Source: Squalus acanthias (Eukaryota). Taken from it: 64,000 bases of DNA. Location of the stretch: assembly GCA_030390025.1 (NCBI GenBank), contig JASTWF010000193.1, forward strand, positions 558,001 through 622,000. Direction: 5' to 3'. The notes beneath the pieces are model-generated. The model was given only the letters and a program-made list of their open reading frames with translations. It was not told where the DNA came from and made no database searches. Below, piece after piece: positions 38,099-51,271 of this stretch. The position numbers and the translations under genes were made by a program. The stretch's first letter is position 1. Every line of letters begins with the position of its first letter.

Positions 38099-38150
38099 AT
38101 GTTCCTCTTTGCTTTACTGAGACTTTACCTTTTTCAAAGGGTGGTTCCTG
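38099..38150 (+). CDS. Nonclassical MHC class I heavy chain, exon 1 (signal peptide MFLFALLRLYLFQRVVP)
   Basis: ATG; hydrophobic 17 codons plus 1 nt; G|gtaagt donor; phase 1 gives E-SHSL with the alpha1 exon. Confidence 0.82.
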
Positions 38151-38232
38151 GTAAGTCAAATGACAGGACTTGTGCGGCTATATTCATTATTGCACGGCAT
38201 GACCGCCGTCGTGAACAACGTATTTGACCAGT

Positions 38233-38598
38233 ATTTAGTCCGGGATACACCAACTGCCCCCATGTTTAGTCCGGGATACACCGACTGCCCGATGTTTCGT
38301 CCGGGTTACACTGACTGTTCTGTGTTTAGTCCGCGTTACACTGACTGCCTCGTGTTTAGTCCGGGATGCAATGACTGCCCCGGTGTTTATTCCCGGTTAC
38401 ACCGACTGCCGCATGTTTAGTCGGGGATATAATGACTGCCCCAGTGTATAGTCCGGGTTACACCGACTGCCCTCTTGTTTAGTCCGGGTTACACCGAAAG
38501 CCGGCTTGTTTAGTCCGGGTTACACTGACTGCCCTCTCGTTTAGTCCGAGTCACACTGACTGACCCAGTGTTTAGTCCGGGTCACACTGATTACCTCG
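38233..38598. repeat. Minisatellite, 12 x 30-31 bp, in MHC intron 1
   Basis: Unit tgtttagtccgggttacaccgactgcccnn. Confidence 0.92.
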
Positions 38599-40457
38599 GA
38601 CCTTGCGAATGCCCTGGGGGAGCTCCTGTGTTGATTGAAATAGTGAGGTGACGATAGGGGCTCGTGTGGCGCTGGACGCTTAAGAAACCTGCCAGAGAGT
38701 TACTGCAGCACTGAAGTAAAGTCCCTCAATCATAGATGGGGATTTGTGCGGTGAAACAGGCCGACGTGTTGCCAACGTTGGTTGGACTCATTCCAGGATC
38801 TTTCATCACATGAGCTCCAGCCCAGTCAACCCGCCTTTTGTCCCCAGCTCCAATATTGTTATAATTGTGATTGTTCTGTTGTTGTTGTTATTTTTCTCCC
38901 GAGTTTCTTGCGGCGGTGTCCAAGCGGTTCATCTTTAATTCCTGGAGACTCCGGGATAGTCCTGGAGGTTTGGTTAACCTATGCTCCTCCCGCCCGATAC
39001 ATAAAGTGGTGGAGACTGTATATTTTTTGTGATCCGGCTTCATTTACATGAAATGAGCGCCAAGCCCTTTTGATTTAAAGGCAGCCTGCAGTCCCTTAAA
39101 GGGACGGTTCACTTTTCAAGGGTGGTTAATGGAGAGCGACTTACTGGAGCAGCAGTTTGCATGACCTGGTCAGCTGTCCTCCGATTCTCTGGGGCAGCGG
39201 TAGAAGCGCTTGTAGAGCAAGTTAGCTCCGGTATGGAGGATCTCGATTCTTCTAATAGGTAACGATAGGCCCGTCAAATTAGTCAGCTGCAATGACGAGA
39301 GGTGGATGAGCAAGCCAATGGCAGCAACATTGGGTATAAAGTGCACGGTACCCGAAAGCGGCTGATGGCGATCGACAGCCTGTTTTGGTCTATCGACCAA
39401 TTTTCTTTTCCAATGAGTTCAATCGAATAGAAAGTCAGGTTGTAGGCAAACCTGGCTGCTGATTCGCTATCGCCCATTTCGCGCTGCCGCCCAAGACAAA
39501 TTTATATTCAATTTTCCCAAGAATCTGGCTGCATTGCAGGAAGAAACTTAAAGACCTCACCAGGACCGCCAAGGTCAGACTCGGCTTCACATCTCTCTTA
39601 CTGTCTGCATGGCCTCGCACCGTCGGAAGTTAACCGCTGCACTACCAATCCTTTCCTCCCCACTTCCCATGGCTCTCCTCCAATCACAACAGACCCTTCA
39701 CTACATTCCACTGTGGAATTACCAGAAGCCCATTAACAGTTCAAAATATTCAGCAGCCAGTACAAGCATTTTAAATGGTTTAATTAGTGAAATCCCACAA
39801 CATAATACAAGAAAAATGTCTCCCAAATATTCCAGCATTTTATTTGAGACCAACTGAGGATGCCTTTAATATTTGCCTCCCGATTGGTTCCATTTTGCAG
39901 GCAGGATCAGGAACTAGCGGAAAAATGTGGGCAGAGAGGAAAATGTTGTTGAGCGCCTTGATAACGTCTTTAACCCCAATTTGCATATATTCAAGCTGCT
40001 TTTCCCCCTCTTTCGCTCAGTAAATCTGAGGCCAATTTTAATGTCGCTACAAGCAGCAGACTGGGAGCTGATCACTGCGCACACACCAGGGATGGATTCT
40101 GCACGGCTTAGTACCATAATTCTGGGTGCACTTCCTCACTAATTCACCAAAGAATCCCCAGGTCAGACGTGGGACTAAAATCTTCAAGTTACGATTTACA
40201 AATGAGATGAGCTGATGTAATTTATTTCAACCTTCACATTTTTCATTTATTTCGAAAATGGGAATATTCTTGTAATTGGATAAGATTTAATATTAAGGCT
40301 CATTTTGCCTTCTCTGCAATGGTTTAACACGGGAGCGATGGCAAAATATCCAGTGATCTCTCATTTTTCTGAATAAATTGATTTTTCCCAAGTTGTTTAG
40401 CAAACAGACATTTCTAATATTTGATATGCCAATGATATTTTTTTTATTATGTCGTAG

Positions 40458-40718
40458 AGTCTCACTCACTGCTATATTACTACAGCCTGAACCATGGGAG
40501 TGCTGATCTGCCGGAGTATAGTATACTGGGACGATTGGATGGCTGTGAGATAGACTATTACGACAAAAATATGGAAATAACTGTTCCAAGACAGCAATGG
40601 ATGGCAGAAGCATTTGAGAAGAGTTACTGGGACGAATACACAATAACTCAAGCTGGTTTCCACGGACTCATCAAGGGACAGGTTGATAGATGGTTCCAGC
40701 AGAACAACCTAACATCAA
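40458..40718 (+). CDS. MHC class I exon 2 (alpha1)
   Basis: ag..gt, 261 nt, phase 1-1; SHSLLYYYS...LPEYSILGRLDG...VPRQQWM...SYWDEYT...NLTS glycosylation site. Confidence 0.95.
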
Positions 40719-40755
40719 GTGAGTGTATTCGTTTGAATGAATGCAGCGAACGACA

Positions 40756-40934
40756 GGGGTCATTTAAACTTGGGGGATAGTGTAACATGAGTGATATCGA
40801 ACCGCCTGATATAAACCCGCCTCATTTTCCCTTCCATTGACTTCAATACAAATGAACATAAGGCGAGTTGTATAATGGACAACTAATTGGATATCACCCA
40901 TTTTACTCCCTCTTTGGAAGGTAACATTAACCCC
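40756..40934. mobile_element. Short (about 180 bp) palindromic MITE, representative of a family with many copies in the window
   Basis: ggggt...acccc ends with a central cattgacttcaat dyad; relatives near 3203, 28786, 31980, 40957, 42567, 43030, 44894, 45757, 47388, 50755, 52740, 55807 and 56380. Confidence 0.7.
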
Positions 40935-41259
40935 AATGAATGATATTGGTGATACTGGGGGTGAAATTCAGTGTTGGTGAGTGTAAAATGGGCAGTAGCA
41001 GCGAGGCCTGCCCTTTATACATGCTGCCTGCTTTTCCTTTCCCTTCACGTCACAGTAAAATGGGCCGGGTTGTATAACAGGCGACTTTTCCGTTGCCACC
41101 CGTTCAGCAACCCTGCTTAAGTTGATTTCACATTCAACACCAGATAAAACCCGGGCGCCTGTGAATCAGCTGTTGTTTTACACCTCAATCGATTTTCTGA
41201 AAATCGGACATGGTGTACTATTTTGGTGCACACTATAAACAAATAAACTGTAACTAAAA

Positions 41260-41705
41260 AAAACATTAAAGGAAACCGAACAACTTTTATTAAAATTTGG
41301 TTACGGGGGTGAAGATGCACTCAAGTCCCTCTGGTGCCCACCGGTCGCGGAAGGTCACGAGCATGCAGGCAGACACCGCGTGCTCCATCTTCAGCGCCAC
41401 CCGGGCGTGAACTTGGCCGCGGGAGAGAGGCCGGCAGTCAGGCCGAACGACCTCTCGACCGCCTGCTACCTGGACCAGTTGATGGCCTCTTTGGCAAGGA
41501 GCAGTCCTACGAGGAGATCCCCCGATCTGTCCGCTCCACTCCGCACCGGGTGACCAAAGATCAGGAGCGTGGGACTGAAATGCAGCCAAAAATCGAGGAG
41601 CAGCCCCTTCAAATAATGGAAGAGGAGCCGCAACCTCTCACATTCGATATATACATGGAACACGGACTCCTCCAGGCTCGGACATGATGTAAAGTGTGCG
41701 GCCGA
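41260..41705 (-). mobile_element. L1/Tx1-clade LINE 3' fragment (ORF2 CCHC region)
   Basis: CPSLEESVFHVYIEC..L..LF....W...SP...IFG followed by aataaa and a T-rich tail. Confidence 0.75.
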
Positions 41706-41874
41706 TTCAGCATTGGTCATATTTCACCTTTGATAACAGTTAAAAATCCGCCCCTCCTCACCAACACCAGTGTTTATTGAATGATATTTGTATTATTACA
41801 TTTAATTAATGATATTTGTGATGTTATGTTTATTTAATTGTTTTGCTGGTATTTTACATGTAACTAATCATAAT

Positions 41875-42553
41875 GGGCTAGAAATTCGGCTCCCTGGCTT
41901 CCCTCGGGTGCAATGATCGCACGCGCACCTACCTACCTGCCTGCCATTGACCCCTGGGCCCGCGGGGGATTCGGCTCCTGGGCCTCCTCCAACTGCCGGC
42001 GCGCAGTGCTTGCCTATCCCAGGGGCGTAGTTAGTGCGACGCGTGCCCTGGGATCACGTGAGCCATGGAGAGCCAATGGCAGCAGACCATCTTTCATTCA
42101 TAGATTTGACAAGAAGACCTGTCAAATCTATGAATACAGATCGGCCCCAAAACATCCCTAAAACTACAGATAAATTTAAAAAAAACATCACGGGGCTAAA
42201 ACTAAACTTACCTTTGTTTAAAGTAATTAAAAAAGATAAATCTGTGAAAAAATTGTTTAAATTTTAATAAAATCAACACTTACCTTGTTAAAAGAAGGCC
42301 TTGCGCCTTCTTTTTCAATGTGCATCTTCTCCGTGCTTACCCTCACGGAGGATCCTGTAAAAAAAAACGATGTGCGAGGCGAACGCGCTGGCCCTCCGGC
42401 GTGCGCGTTCGACCTCTGAACCCCTTGCTTCAGGGGAACGGAAGTGCCGGTTACCCGCGTATGCGCAGTGCATGCAAGAAACCGGCACTTTCGTTCCGTC
42501 CACGGGTGAGTACACAGTGCGTACTCACCCATGGCGAGCCTAATTTCTGCCCC
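41875..42553. mobile_element. Harbinger-like MITE (related family)
   Basis: TIRs gggctagaaattcggctc and gagcctaatttctgcccc; AAT/ATT flanks; same arm and core layout. Confidence 0.75.
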
Positions 42554-43547
42554 ATTATGTTTATTGGGGTAATTTTTAACTCTTCAGCAAAAGAGTAAAA
42601 CGGCCAATATTGGACCGACCGCTCGTTCTACACATCGCTCGCATTCCCTTTCAATTGGGCGAGGTTTATAACAGGCCACTGACCCGATATTGTCCGCTTT
42701 ACACTATGACCACAGTTTAAAATTAACCCCCCCATTCATGGTAATATTACTTTTAATGAATGATATTAATAACACATTTATTTAATAACATTGGAAATAA
42801 CCAATTAATTGAATCATATTGGCAGTATTGTGTTTATTCAATTATATTGGCAATATTGAATTGAAGGATTATTATTCATATCATTGCATTTGCTCAGTGA
42901 TATTGGTAAGCACATATTTGATATTTAATGTAGATGTGTAAGTTTGAGGTTACAATGCCGTCTTATAATGCGCAGGTGGCTTATCAGAAAAGCATAATGC
43001 ACTGCCCGCAGTTTTCTATTCATTTCGAGTTAACTTTATATTTGGGCAATAGTGTAAAATGAGCGAATGCGAACTGACTACCCAATACACTCCCTGTCTG
43101 ATATTCTCTTCCGTTGACCACAATGGATATGAAAATCAGGCGGGGTGCAAAATGGGCGGACGATCCAATATCGCCCATTTTACACTCTCACCCAAATTCA
43201 AATTTACCTCCATGGAGACAAGTCCATTGTAACAAGGATGGATCATAGGGAACGTTAGCCTATGCTGTGCAATCATATATCAGTCCCCAATTTAATGTCA
43301 TACATTCTGGCATGTATTCTGGCAGCTTTGGCTAATATTCTGGTAAGTTATTTATAGTTAGGTAACAACATTACTAGAAAATTGTGACGGTGAGAAGTAG
43401 AGTTGGTTTATACACGGGAGTTTTCCAGAAATATATGTTGAAGAGTTGGGCAACAAAACACTGAGGCATTATAGCGCCACCACTGGAGTGAGCGTGCAAT
43501 TGCAACGGGCTGACTTTACATCGGCAACTCCCATTTCAAATGTGGAC

Positions 43548-44525
43548 ATATAGAATCATAGAATAATACAGCACAGAAAGAAGCCATTCGGCCCATTCGT
43601 GCCTGTGCCGGATGTTTGAAAGCTATCCAATTAGACCCGCTCCCCTGCCAATTCCCCATAGCCCTGCAACGTTGCCCCTTCAAGTATTGATCCAATTCCC
43701 TTCTGAAATTCACTATTGAATCTGCTTCCAGCATCTTCTCAGGTAATGCATTCCAGACCATAACAAATCACCGCGTTAAAAACATTCTCGTATCGGCTCT
43801 GGTACTTTTTCCAATTACCTTAAATCTGTGTGCTCTGGTTACTGACCTCTCTGCCGCAGGAAACAATTTCTCCTTATTCACTCTATCCAAGTCCTTCATG
43901 ATTTTGAACATGAATTCAGAGGAATTGATAATGGGAAGAAGTTCATAAAAAATGTGACAACAGGAAGTAAGAACCTAAGAAAATAAGAAATAAGAGCAGG
44001 AGCAGGCCATTTGGCCCCTCGAGCCTGCTCTGCCATTTAATGAGATCATGGCTGATCCGATTTTGGCCTCAATTACACTATATTGCCCGCTCCCCATAAC
44101 ACTTGACTCCACTGTTGCTCAAAAATCTGTCTATCTCAGCCTTGAATATATCAATTACTCAGCTTCCACAGCTCTCTGGGGTAAAGAATTCCAAAGATTC
44201 ACGAACCATTGAGAGAAGAAATTCCTCTTCATCCCCGTCGTAAATGGGCGACCCCTTATTCTGAGACTGTGCCCCCTCCTTCTGGATTCCCCGACGATTG
44301 AAAACATCCTCTCAGCATCAACCCTGTCCAACCCCCTGAAAATCTTATATTTTACAATAAGATCAACTGACATTCTTCTAAACTCCAATGAGTAAGGCCC
44401 AACCTGCTCAACCTTTCCTCAGAAGACAACACTTCCATTCCAGGAATCAACCTAGTGAACCTTCTTTGAACTGCCTCCGATGCAAGTATATCCCTCCTTA
44501 AATAAGGAACCAAAACTATACGCGG
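43548..44525 (-). mobile_element. Two adjacent CR1 3' fragments (43548-43910 and 43968-44525)
   Basis: VWNALPEK, AVQRRFTRLIPGM and CR1 tails. Confidence 0.85.
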
Positions 44526-45457
44526 TACATTGTGTGGACAGGTAGTACATAACATTTCTAATATAATATAGATAGATTTATAGTTAAATACCAACATTTA
44601 TTTAATTTGGAAAGCAGAGAAGTAGAATTTTTTGGAGCACAGCAGTTTCTCTGGGAAATGCAAAGCTAAGTCCGAAAGTGCCACCACCGGTGGGGAGGTG
44701 TAATTACATCATGACCAGCTTACGGTGGCAGCTTCCTTATAAAGGTGGCCATAGGAATTTATAAAGGGAAATGTTAACATAAATGTAATAGAAATGTGAC
44801 AATAGGAAGTATGCTTTTGTGGACAGGAACTGCCCACAGGTGTAAGATTTTTTTAAATTTTCTACTCAATTTCCTGTGGTGTTGCATATGTGAGGGGTAA
44901 TTTTAACTTTTGGTGACAGTGTAAAATGAGCGATATTGGGTCGGCCACCCATTACACACACCGCCCAATCTTCCCTTTCATTGGGGCCATGGTGAATTGA
45001 CAGCCCATTTTACATCTTTGAATTTAATAGAAGAACAATGGTTGGAGTGTAAAATAGGCTGCTGATTCGCTATGAGCCCATTTCGCACTACTGGAAAAGA
45101 CCAATTTCACCTCGTCTGTATTTTGTTAAATGGGGCATTGAATATAACATCAGGGACTTGATGTTGACTTACAGGAGATATTGGTTAGGTCACTGTTGGG
45201 GTCTTTCATGCAGTTCTAAGCACCTAATATAGCAAGAATATTACAGAAGACAGCTGTTGTTTAACTTTGGTGCCAATTGTTCTCTTTCTGTGGTTTAAAT
45301 TCTATGTCCCTGTGTGATGAACCTTGTTTTAGACACTAAACTCAATTTCTACCCTTAGTAATGGAAAGAGTGACTACAAAATAACTGAAATTCTTAGATT
45401 TGGTGTGACTAGATGTGATAATTATGTATCTATTGATTGATTCAATTTCTGTTCTAG

Positions 45458-45733
45458 GTACTCACTACATTCAAGGACTGTTTGGCTGTGAGCTGAATGA
45501 TGCCAATCCTAGTGTAGGGGTTTTGAAATTCGCTTATGATGGAAGATACGCATTTAGTTTCGATAAAGACAAATTGGTTTGGACTGTACATGATCCAGTA
45601 GCTCAGACCCGCAAAGTGAAATGGGATAAGGAAACAAAGATGAACCTTTATTTCAAGAGCTTGTTAGAAAAGGACTGTGCTGATTTATGGAGGAAATACT
45701 ATTCAATTGGAAAAGCATTACTAACCAGACAAG
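45458..45733 (+). CDS. MHC class I exon 3 (alpha2)
   Basis: ag..gt, 276 nt; THYIQGLFGCEL...FAYDGR...KVKWD...LEKDC; canonical Cys pair. Confidence 0.96.
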
Positions 45734-45961
45734 GTAAGTTCAGAAGAAACTGGGAGTAATTTTAAAGTGTGGCGATAGTGTAGAACTGGCGATATTGGAT
45801 CAGCTTCCGTTACACACCTCTTCCCATTCTCCTTCAACAGGCGGCTGATCCGATATCACCTGTTTTGCACTAGTGGCAAAAGTTAAAATGACTTTATTCA
45901 TTCTATTCTGAAATATGCGACTTTTATTGAAGTAGAAAATAACTGTCGTTCTATCATGTAG

Positions 45962-46228
45962 TTTCCCCTGAGGTCTCAGTTATTGCCAGGGCTGGTGATC
46001 GTTGGTTTCTCCACTGCATTGTGACTGGATTTTTCCCGCAGTCCATCAGCGTGACCTGGTTGAAGAATGGAGAACATGCCCCTGAGACCAAATCTACTGG
46101 GTTATTACACAATGAAGATGGGACGTATCAACTAACAACAACACTTGAATTTGATCCGTATGATGGGAAACAATACTCCTGTCTTATTGAGCACAGCAGC
46201 TTGCCGGGTGGGAAGACAGTCTCCTGGG
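45962..46228 (+). CDS. MHC class I exon 4 (alpha3, Ig C1-set)
   Basis: ag..gt, 267 nt; LHCIVTGFFPQSISVTWLKNG...NEDGTYQ...YSCLIEHSSL. Confidence 0.96.
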
Positions 46229-47789
46229 GTAAGGACATGAACAGCGATACTGAACAATCCATCAATAATAGCAACACTCACCCATACAGAGATAGAGAGT
46301 AGAAAGAGATCAATGAAATGAATTACTGAACCAAATTGCACATTACCCCCCTGCTTTTCTATTCTATTTCTCTAGAAATGAACCGGATATTCTGTCTCCC
46401 AGTGATGTTTATTTGTTACTATTGGGTCGTCTGTGCTTTTGCTGATGGACAAGAACAGGAAAACTGGAATCTTCCACTCCCACTAACTGTCTTTTCTTGT
46501 CCGTCACTTTTCTCTGTCTTGTTCTTTCTCTCTATTACATTATACATCAGACAACACGTTTATTATCTCTGTACTTCAGCTTGTCTGTGACTGTTAATCA
46601 TTCTTGCTCTCATTTAGTCCATTTCTGTTATCTTCTGACTCTTCCATAATATGCACCTACCCCTCAGTGTGTGCTTCTCACACAGTTGCTTTCTCTATAT
46701 ATCTTTCCCATTGCTTCTTACTGTCTATCTCCACCACATACCCACACACACCGCACGGTCTCAGAGTTAGACAAACAAATTAATCGCTGTTGACAGTCTA
46801 TCTGGGTTAGAGAATGGATTAATCTACATTCACCACCCACTCTCAGATATCAGACTCTTTATTTGCCCGACTTGCTGTTCCTTCACTCTTTGTTTCTGTT
46901 TTCTCATTGTTGTTCCCTTTCACTGTGGTGATGGTGCTGCTCGGTTTCTGAGCTGAACTTTTGCTCTGTGCTGAGCTATTACCCTCTCAGCCTCAGTGTG
47001 TTTTTGCTTCTCTTGTCTCTTTGCTCTTTTGGGGATGAGAGGACGGGTCACTTTGGGATATTAGAGGAGTGGGGAAGTGTTGTGAGGAAAGGTCATTAAA
47101 ATGTAGTGCAGTGGGGGGAGGGGGGATAAAATAATGCGGCCTGGCGACAAGGGTGAGTCTGAGGCTGGGCTTCTGAGGCGGGGAAGGGCCGAAGTGCACT
47201 GGGAGCTGCAGGCAGGGAAGGTGAGGGGCGGTGGGCTTTGCCCAGAAAGCAAGAATCTGCAGCAAGAATGAAGGTTGGGACAGCTGGAAGGGGGACCCCT
47301 GGAAATCAGCATATAAATTGCTTTTGTTGATTAACAGGGTCACCAAATCTCTCCAGGGGAACCTCCTGCTATTGGTTTAGACACAGCGGGGTAGATTTTC
47401 AACCTGCCGCCCGGGTGTAAAACCGGAGTTGCCTCCAATGGGAATAAAAAGCGGGCAGTTTGTGTGACAACCGGTGATCCACAGGGGCAGGTTCACACCA
47501 GAGCGGCGCAGTGAACATCTACCACAAATTGTTTAATAGATAACGGTGCTGCTCATTCAGGTCTCTCCATGGAAAGGTGCCTCCCTCAGGGGAACAGGTA
47601 GGATGATCCTTCTGATCTGGAAATGTATTTCTGGTCGGTTACTGCGCCGATCCTCTGCTGAGGGCAAGTTCCAGATGTTGTGGCCCAACCTGTGCAGGTC
47701 GCAGTTGTTTATGACAATCCCTTCAATTAGACAATCGGATCACTAAAGGTCAGTTTTATAAGCTGCATATACACAGCTTCATATAATCA

Positions 47790-48260
47790 TATCTCTCTGT
47801 CTCTCTGTCGCNNNNNNNNNNNNNNNNNNNNNNNNNNNNNNNNNNNNNNNNNNNNNNNNNNNNNNNNNNNNNNNNNNNNNNNNNNNNNNNNNNNNNNNNN
47901 NNNNNNNNNNNNNNNNNNNNNNNNNNNNNNNNNNNNNNNNNNNNNNNNNNNNNNNNNNNNNNNNNNNNNNNNNNATCTCTNNNNNNNNNNNNNNNNNNNN
48001 NNNNNNNNNNNNNNNNNNNNNNNNNNNNNNNNNNNNNNNNNNNNNNNNNNNNNNNNNNNNNNNNNNNNNNNNNNNNNNNNNNNNNNNNNNNNNNNNNNNN
48101 NNNNNNNNNNNNNNNNNNNNNNNNNNNNNNNNNNNNNNNNNNNNNNNNNNNNNNNNNNNNNNNNNNNNNNNNNNNNNNNNNNNNNNGTCTCTCTATCTGT
48201 CTCTCTCACTGTCACTCTCTCTCTCTCCTACTTTTTGTCTCTCTGTCGCTCTATCTGGAT
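47790..48260. repeat. (CT)/(CTGT)-rich microsatellite with N runs
   Basis: N at 47812-47974 and 47981-48186 within CT-rich repeats. Confidence 0.85.
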
Positions 48261-49191
48261 TTCTATCTGTCTATTTTGGAAATGCTGAGTGTGGTCAAGA
48301 TTCCAAAGCTGCTTCCCCAATCTAATATTACATTAGGTGACAGATTGAAAATGATAAGGTGCCGCCTATTGTTAAACGATACCACAAAGCTGAACTTGCA
48401 GTATATTGAGAATGAACGTTAAAAAAAATTGAGTCTGTATGCAGTTACAGACTCTGACCACTGAGTGTCACTGTGGGGCATTCTGGGTTTTTGAGACTGC
48501 AGCCATGTTGCTGCAGATAAGAAAAAGCAGATAAACATTTTGCTCCGTGAATTAAATGTAAACTTTGCACCTTGAGCCGCCTTCCATCACACGGACATGT
48601 GGGGACGGTCAGAAGCTCGATCCACACCCCTGGGAGCTGGCATAGTGGCATAATCTATTCAACTGCCATTCCTTACCCCTCATATTGCTCCTTTCACCAG
48701 GCCCGCAGACACAGGCCTCTGCCGCTTTCCTACCTGGCTCCCCTCAGTCAGCGATCCATGGGGGGTTGGGGAGGAGGGGACAGCTAGCTTACCCCCTGCC
48801 TCGCTGGGCACCACGACCACAACCCTTTTACATTAGCCTCCCAGCAGCACATTCTTATCGCTGGCCCAGCCATGATCAGTCCACAGACCATGCTTCACTC
48901 TTCACAGCCACTGCTTCTTCCCCCACCAACCCCCAGTCACCTTTACAGACTGACCACCTCTCGTTGACCAGAACCTGTGTTTATTCACAAAAGTGAACTT
49001 TGTGGTTTTAAAGAGACCTAGCTCCACCTTAGTGAAATAATTCATTGTGCACTATATGGTGTGGGGATACTGTCCATAGAAAGTAGCACATCATCCTAAT
49101 TACCATGAGCAGGGCCATAGGTTTCCACAGATTGTATATAAAACTGTCAATCCGCACATATAATTATACAACCCTTGCTAATCTTTTTCAG

Positions 49192-49299
49192 AAGGAAAAG
49201 TAGAGAAAGACAAGCATGTGGGGCTGATTGTCGTGTGTGTACTGGTATCGCTGGCTAATGTTATCGTGTTAATCTATATTTGGAGGAGAAAATGGAGAG
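49192..49299 (+). CDS. MHC class I exon 5 (connecting peptide and transmembrane)
   Basis: cag..gtaag, 108 nt, phase 1-1; EGKVEKDKHVGLIVVCVLVSLANVIVLIYIWRRKWR. Confidence 0.88.
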
Positions 49300-49409
49300 G
49301 TAAGGCGAGTGAATAATGTTACACTCTTGTTTGTAAAATTATTACACAGCGGCTTTGCAGAACATCATTTGTCCTGCCCCAGAATTATATTTGAATTTAA
49401 AATATCTGT

Positions 49410-49830
49410 TATAAAGAAAAAAAGAAAAAAATGCGTTTATATCGTGCACCTTTCACGACCTCAGGACGTCCCAAAGCGCTTTACAGTCAATGAAGTACTT
49501 TCTTTTTAAGTGCAGTCACTGTTGCAATGTAGGAAACGCAGCAGCCAATTTGCGCACAGCAAGTTCCCACAAAGAACGGTGTGATAATGATCAGATAACC
49601 TGTTTTTAATGTTGTTGAATGCGGGATAAATATTGGCCAGGAAACCGGAGTGATCTTCTCTGCTCTTCTTGGAGATAGTGCCATGGGATCTTTTACGTCC
49701 ACTTGAGAGGCACACGGGGCATCGATTTAATGTCTCCTCCGAAAGACGCCACCCTCGACAGTGTGGCACTCCTTAGTACTTCACTGGAGTGTCAGTCTAG
49801 ATTTTTGTGCTCAAGTCTCTGGAGTGGGAT
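49410..49830 (-). mobile_element. Deu-type SINE, 5'-truncated
   Basis: Aligns with 54643-55111. Confidence 0.8.
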
Positions 49831-49939
49831 TAAAATGGTTCATTTATTAACTTGTGTAAGAACAACTGGAATTTTATCGAGGGAAAGTTTACTAATGGAA
49901 TTCTATATTTAATCACAGGAGGTATAGAACCTAACAGCC

Positions 49940-50335
49940 AATTAATAACTATGAGCCTCTATAAAACCTTAGTAAGACCTGAGTTAGAGCAATGTGTGCA
50001 GTATTGAATTTCACGCAATATGGGGGATCTTTAGCTTTCGAGAAGCTACAAGGTGGATTCACTAAGATGCTGCCCGAAAGAAGGAAACACAAATGCAGAG
50101 AAAGACTTGGAAAATGCGCATTTTTATTCAACAATGCATATTACGGGTGATATAATAGAAGTGTTTAAAATGATGAAAGAATAACTCAGGGTAGATAGAA
50201 GCAGACTGTGTCCATTAGTTGAGGATCAAGCTGGAGGATTTATAGATACCAGGTTAAATTTTAGAGATTTAGAACAGAGGGTAGGTGACGATTCTTTTCA
50301 CAGAGGGTTGTAAGGCTGCGGAATCCGCTTCCAGT
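49940..50335 (+). mobile_element. Old CR1 3' fragment
   Basis: Decayed LYKTLVRP.LE.CVQ and FSQRVV.L.N.LP. Confidence 0.65.
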
Positions 50336-51271
50336 GATAGAGGTTTAATAACCTTCCTGATTTTGCATTAGAACATTTACCTTCTCTTCGAATAAGCCAC
50401 ATTCACACTGCAGCCTTTGGATCCCTAAGGACTGGTTTGGCTTAACGCCGGATGTTTTCGTGGAATTCCAGACTCAGGACCCCACCTGACTACCAGGTGA
50501 AGTACAGTGAGACTGCCTCCTTCAGAATATTCCTTCAAACCAAATCTAAGGTGGAGATGTAAATGGTTTCCGAGTGGCAATGAGGTAAAAGATGGAAATA
50601 TAATCAGAAGGTTACAAAGTGGACTAGAACTCCCAGGTTTTAAACACCTTCCGACAGATTTGAGTTCCCAGAGTGCATCATTAGGGCAAATATTGCCCGT
50701 GTCTACTGCGGTCATGGCACCTTCATAGGGGCAAGACAGGGAGGAGAGTCATTGGGAGTCATTTTCAGATTTGGAGATAATGTAAAACAGGCGTTATCGG
50801 ATCAGCCGTCCGTTCAGACTTCACGGAAAGTACAACTTGGGAGGTGTATAATAGATACCCGATCCGATAACCTGTTCACATGAACGCCAACAAATACAAT
50901 GACACCCATGGGGGTATAAATTTGCCGTGGGTGGTAGTTTAAATTGGGCGATACTGACTCTGCAGCCCGGCAGTACAAGCAAGTCTCTTCGGTTCCATCG
51001 CCTGTGGAACTGATTGGAGCCTTCACAACGTCAGAGGGAGGATAAGGCTACCGGCCCCATTTGGAGGCCATTTACTCCGTTTACTTCGGGCGAGGGCTGT
51101 GAGAATTGACCGCCCTTTAGGCCCGCTGCTCCTGTGCACCAAACTAACTGCCACTGAGCTACATGTAAGGGGAAGAACCATGAAAAGTTAATGAACAAGT
51201 CACTGCATTCTCTGTACTGTGCTCTGCACCATCATCTCTGGATTTTCTAACATTTCTGTTTCACTCCCTAG

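Noticed and set aside
38160-38598. CRISPR-like array or repetitive 86-aa ORF
   Set aside because: Head-to-tail units with no unique spacers, eukaryotic context and no cas genes; it is a minisatellite.
47787-48215. 142-aa ORF across Ns
   Set aside because: Artefact of an N-filled microsatellite.
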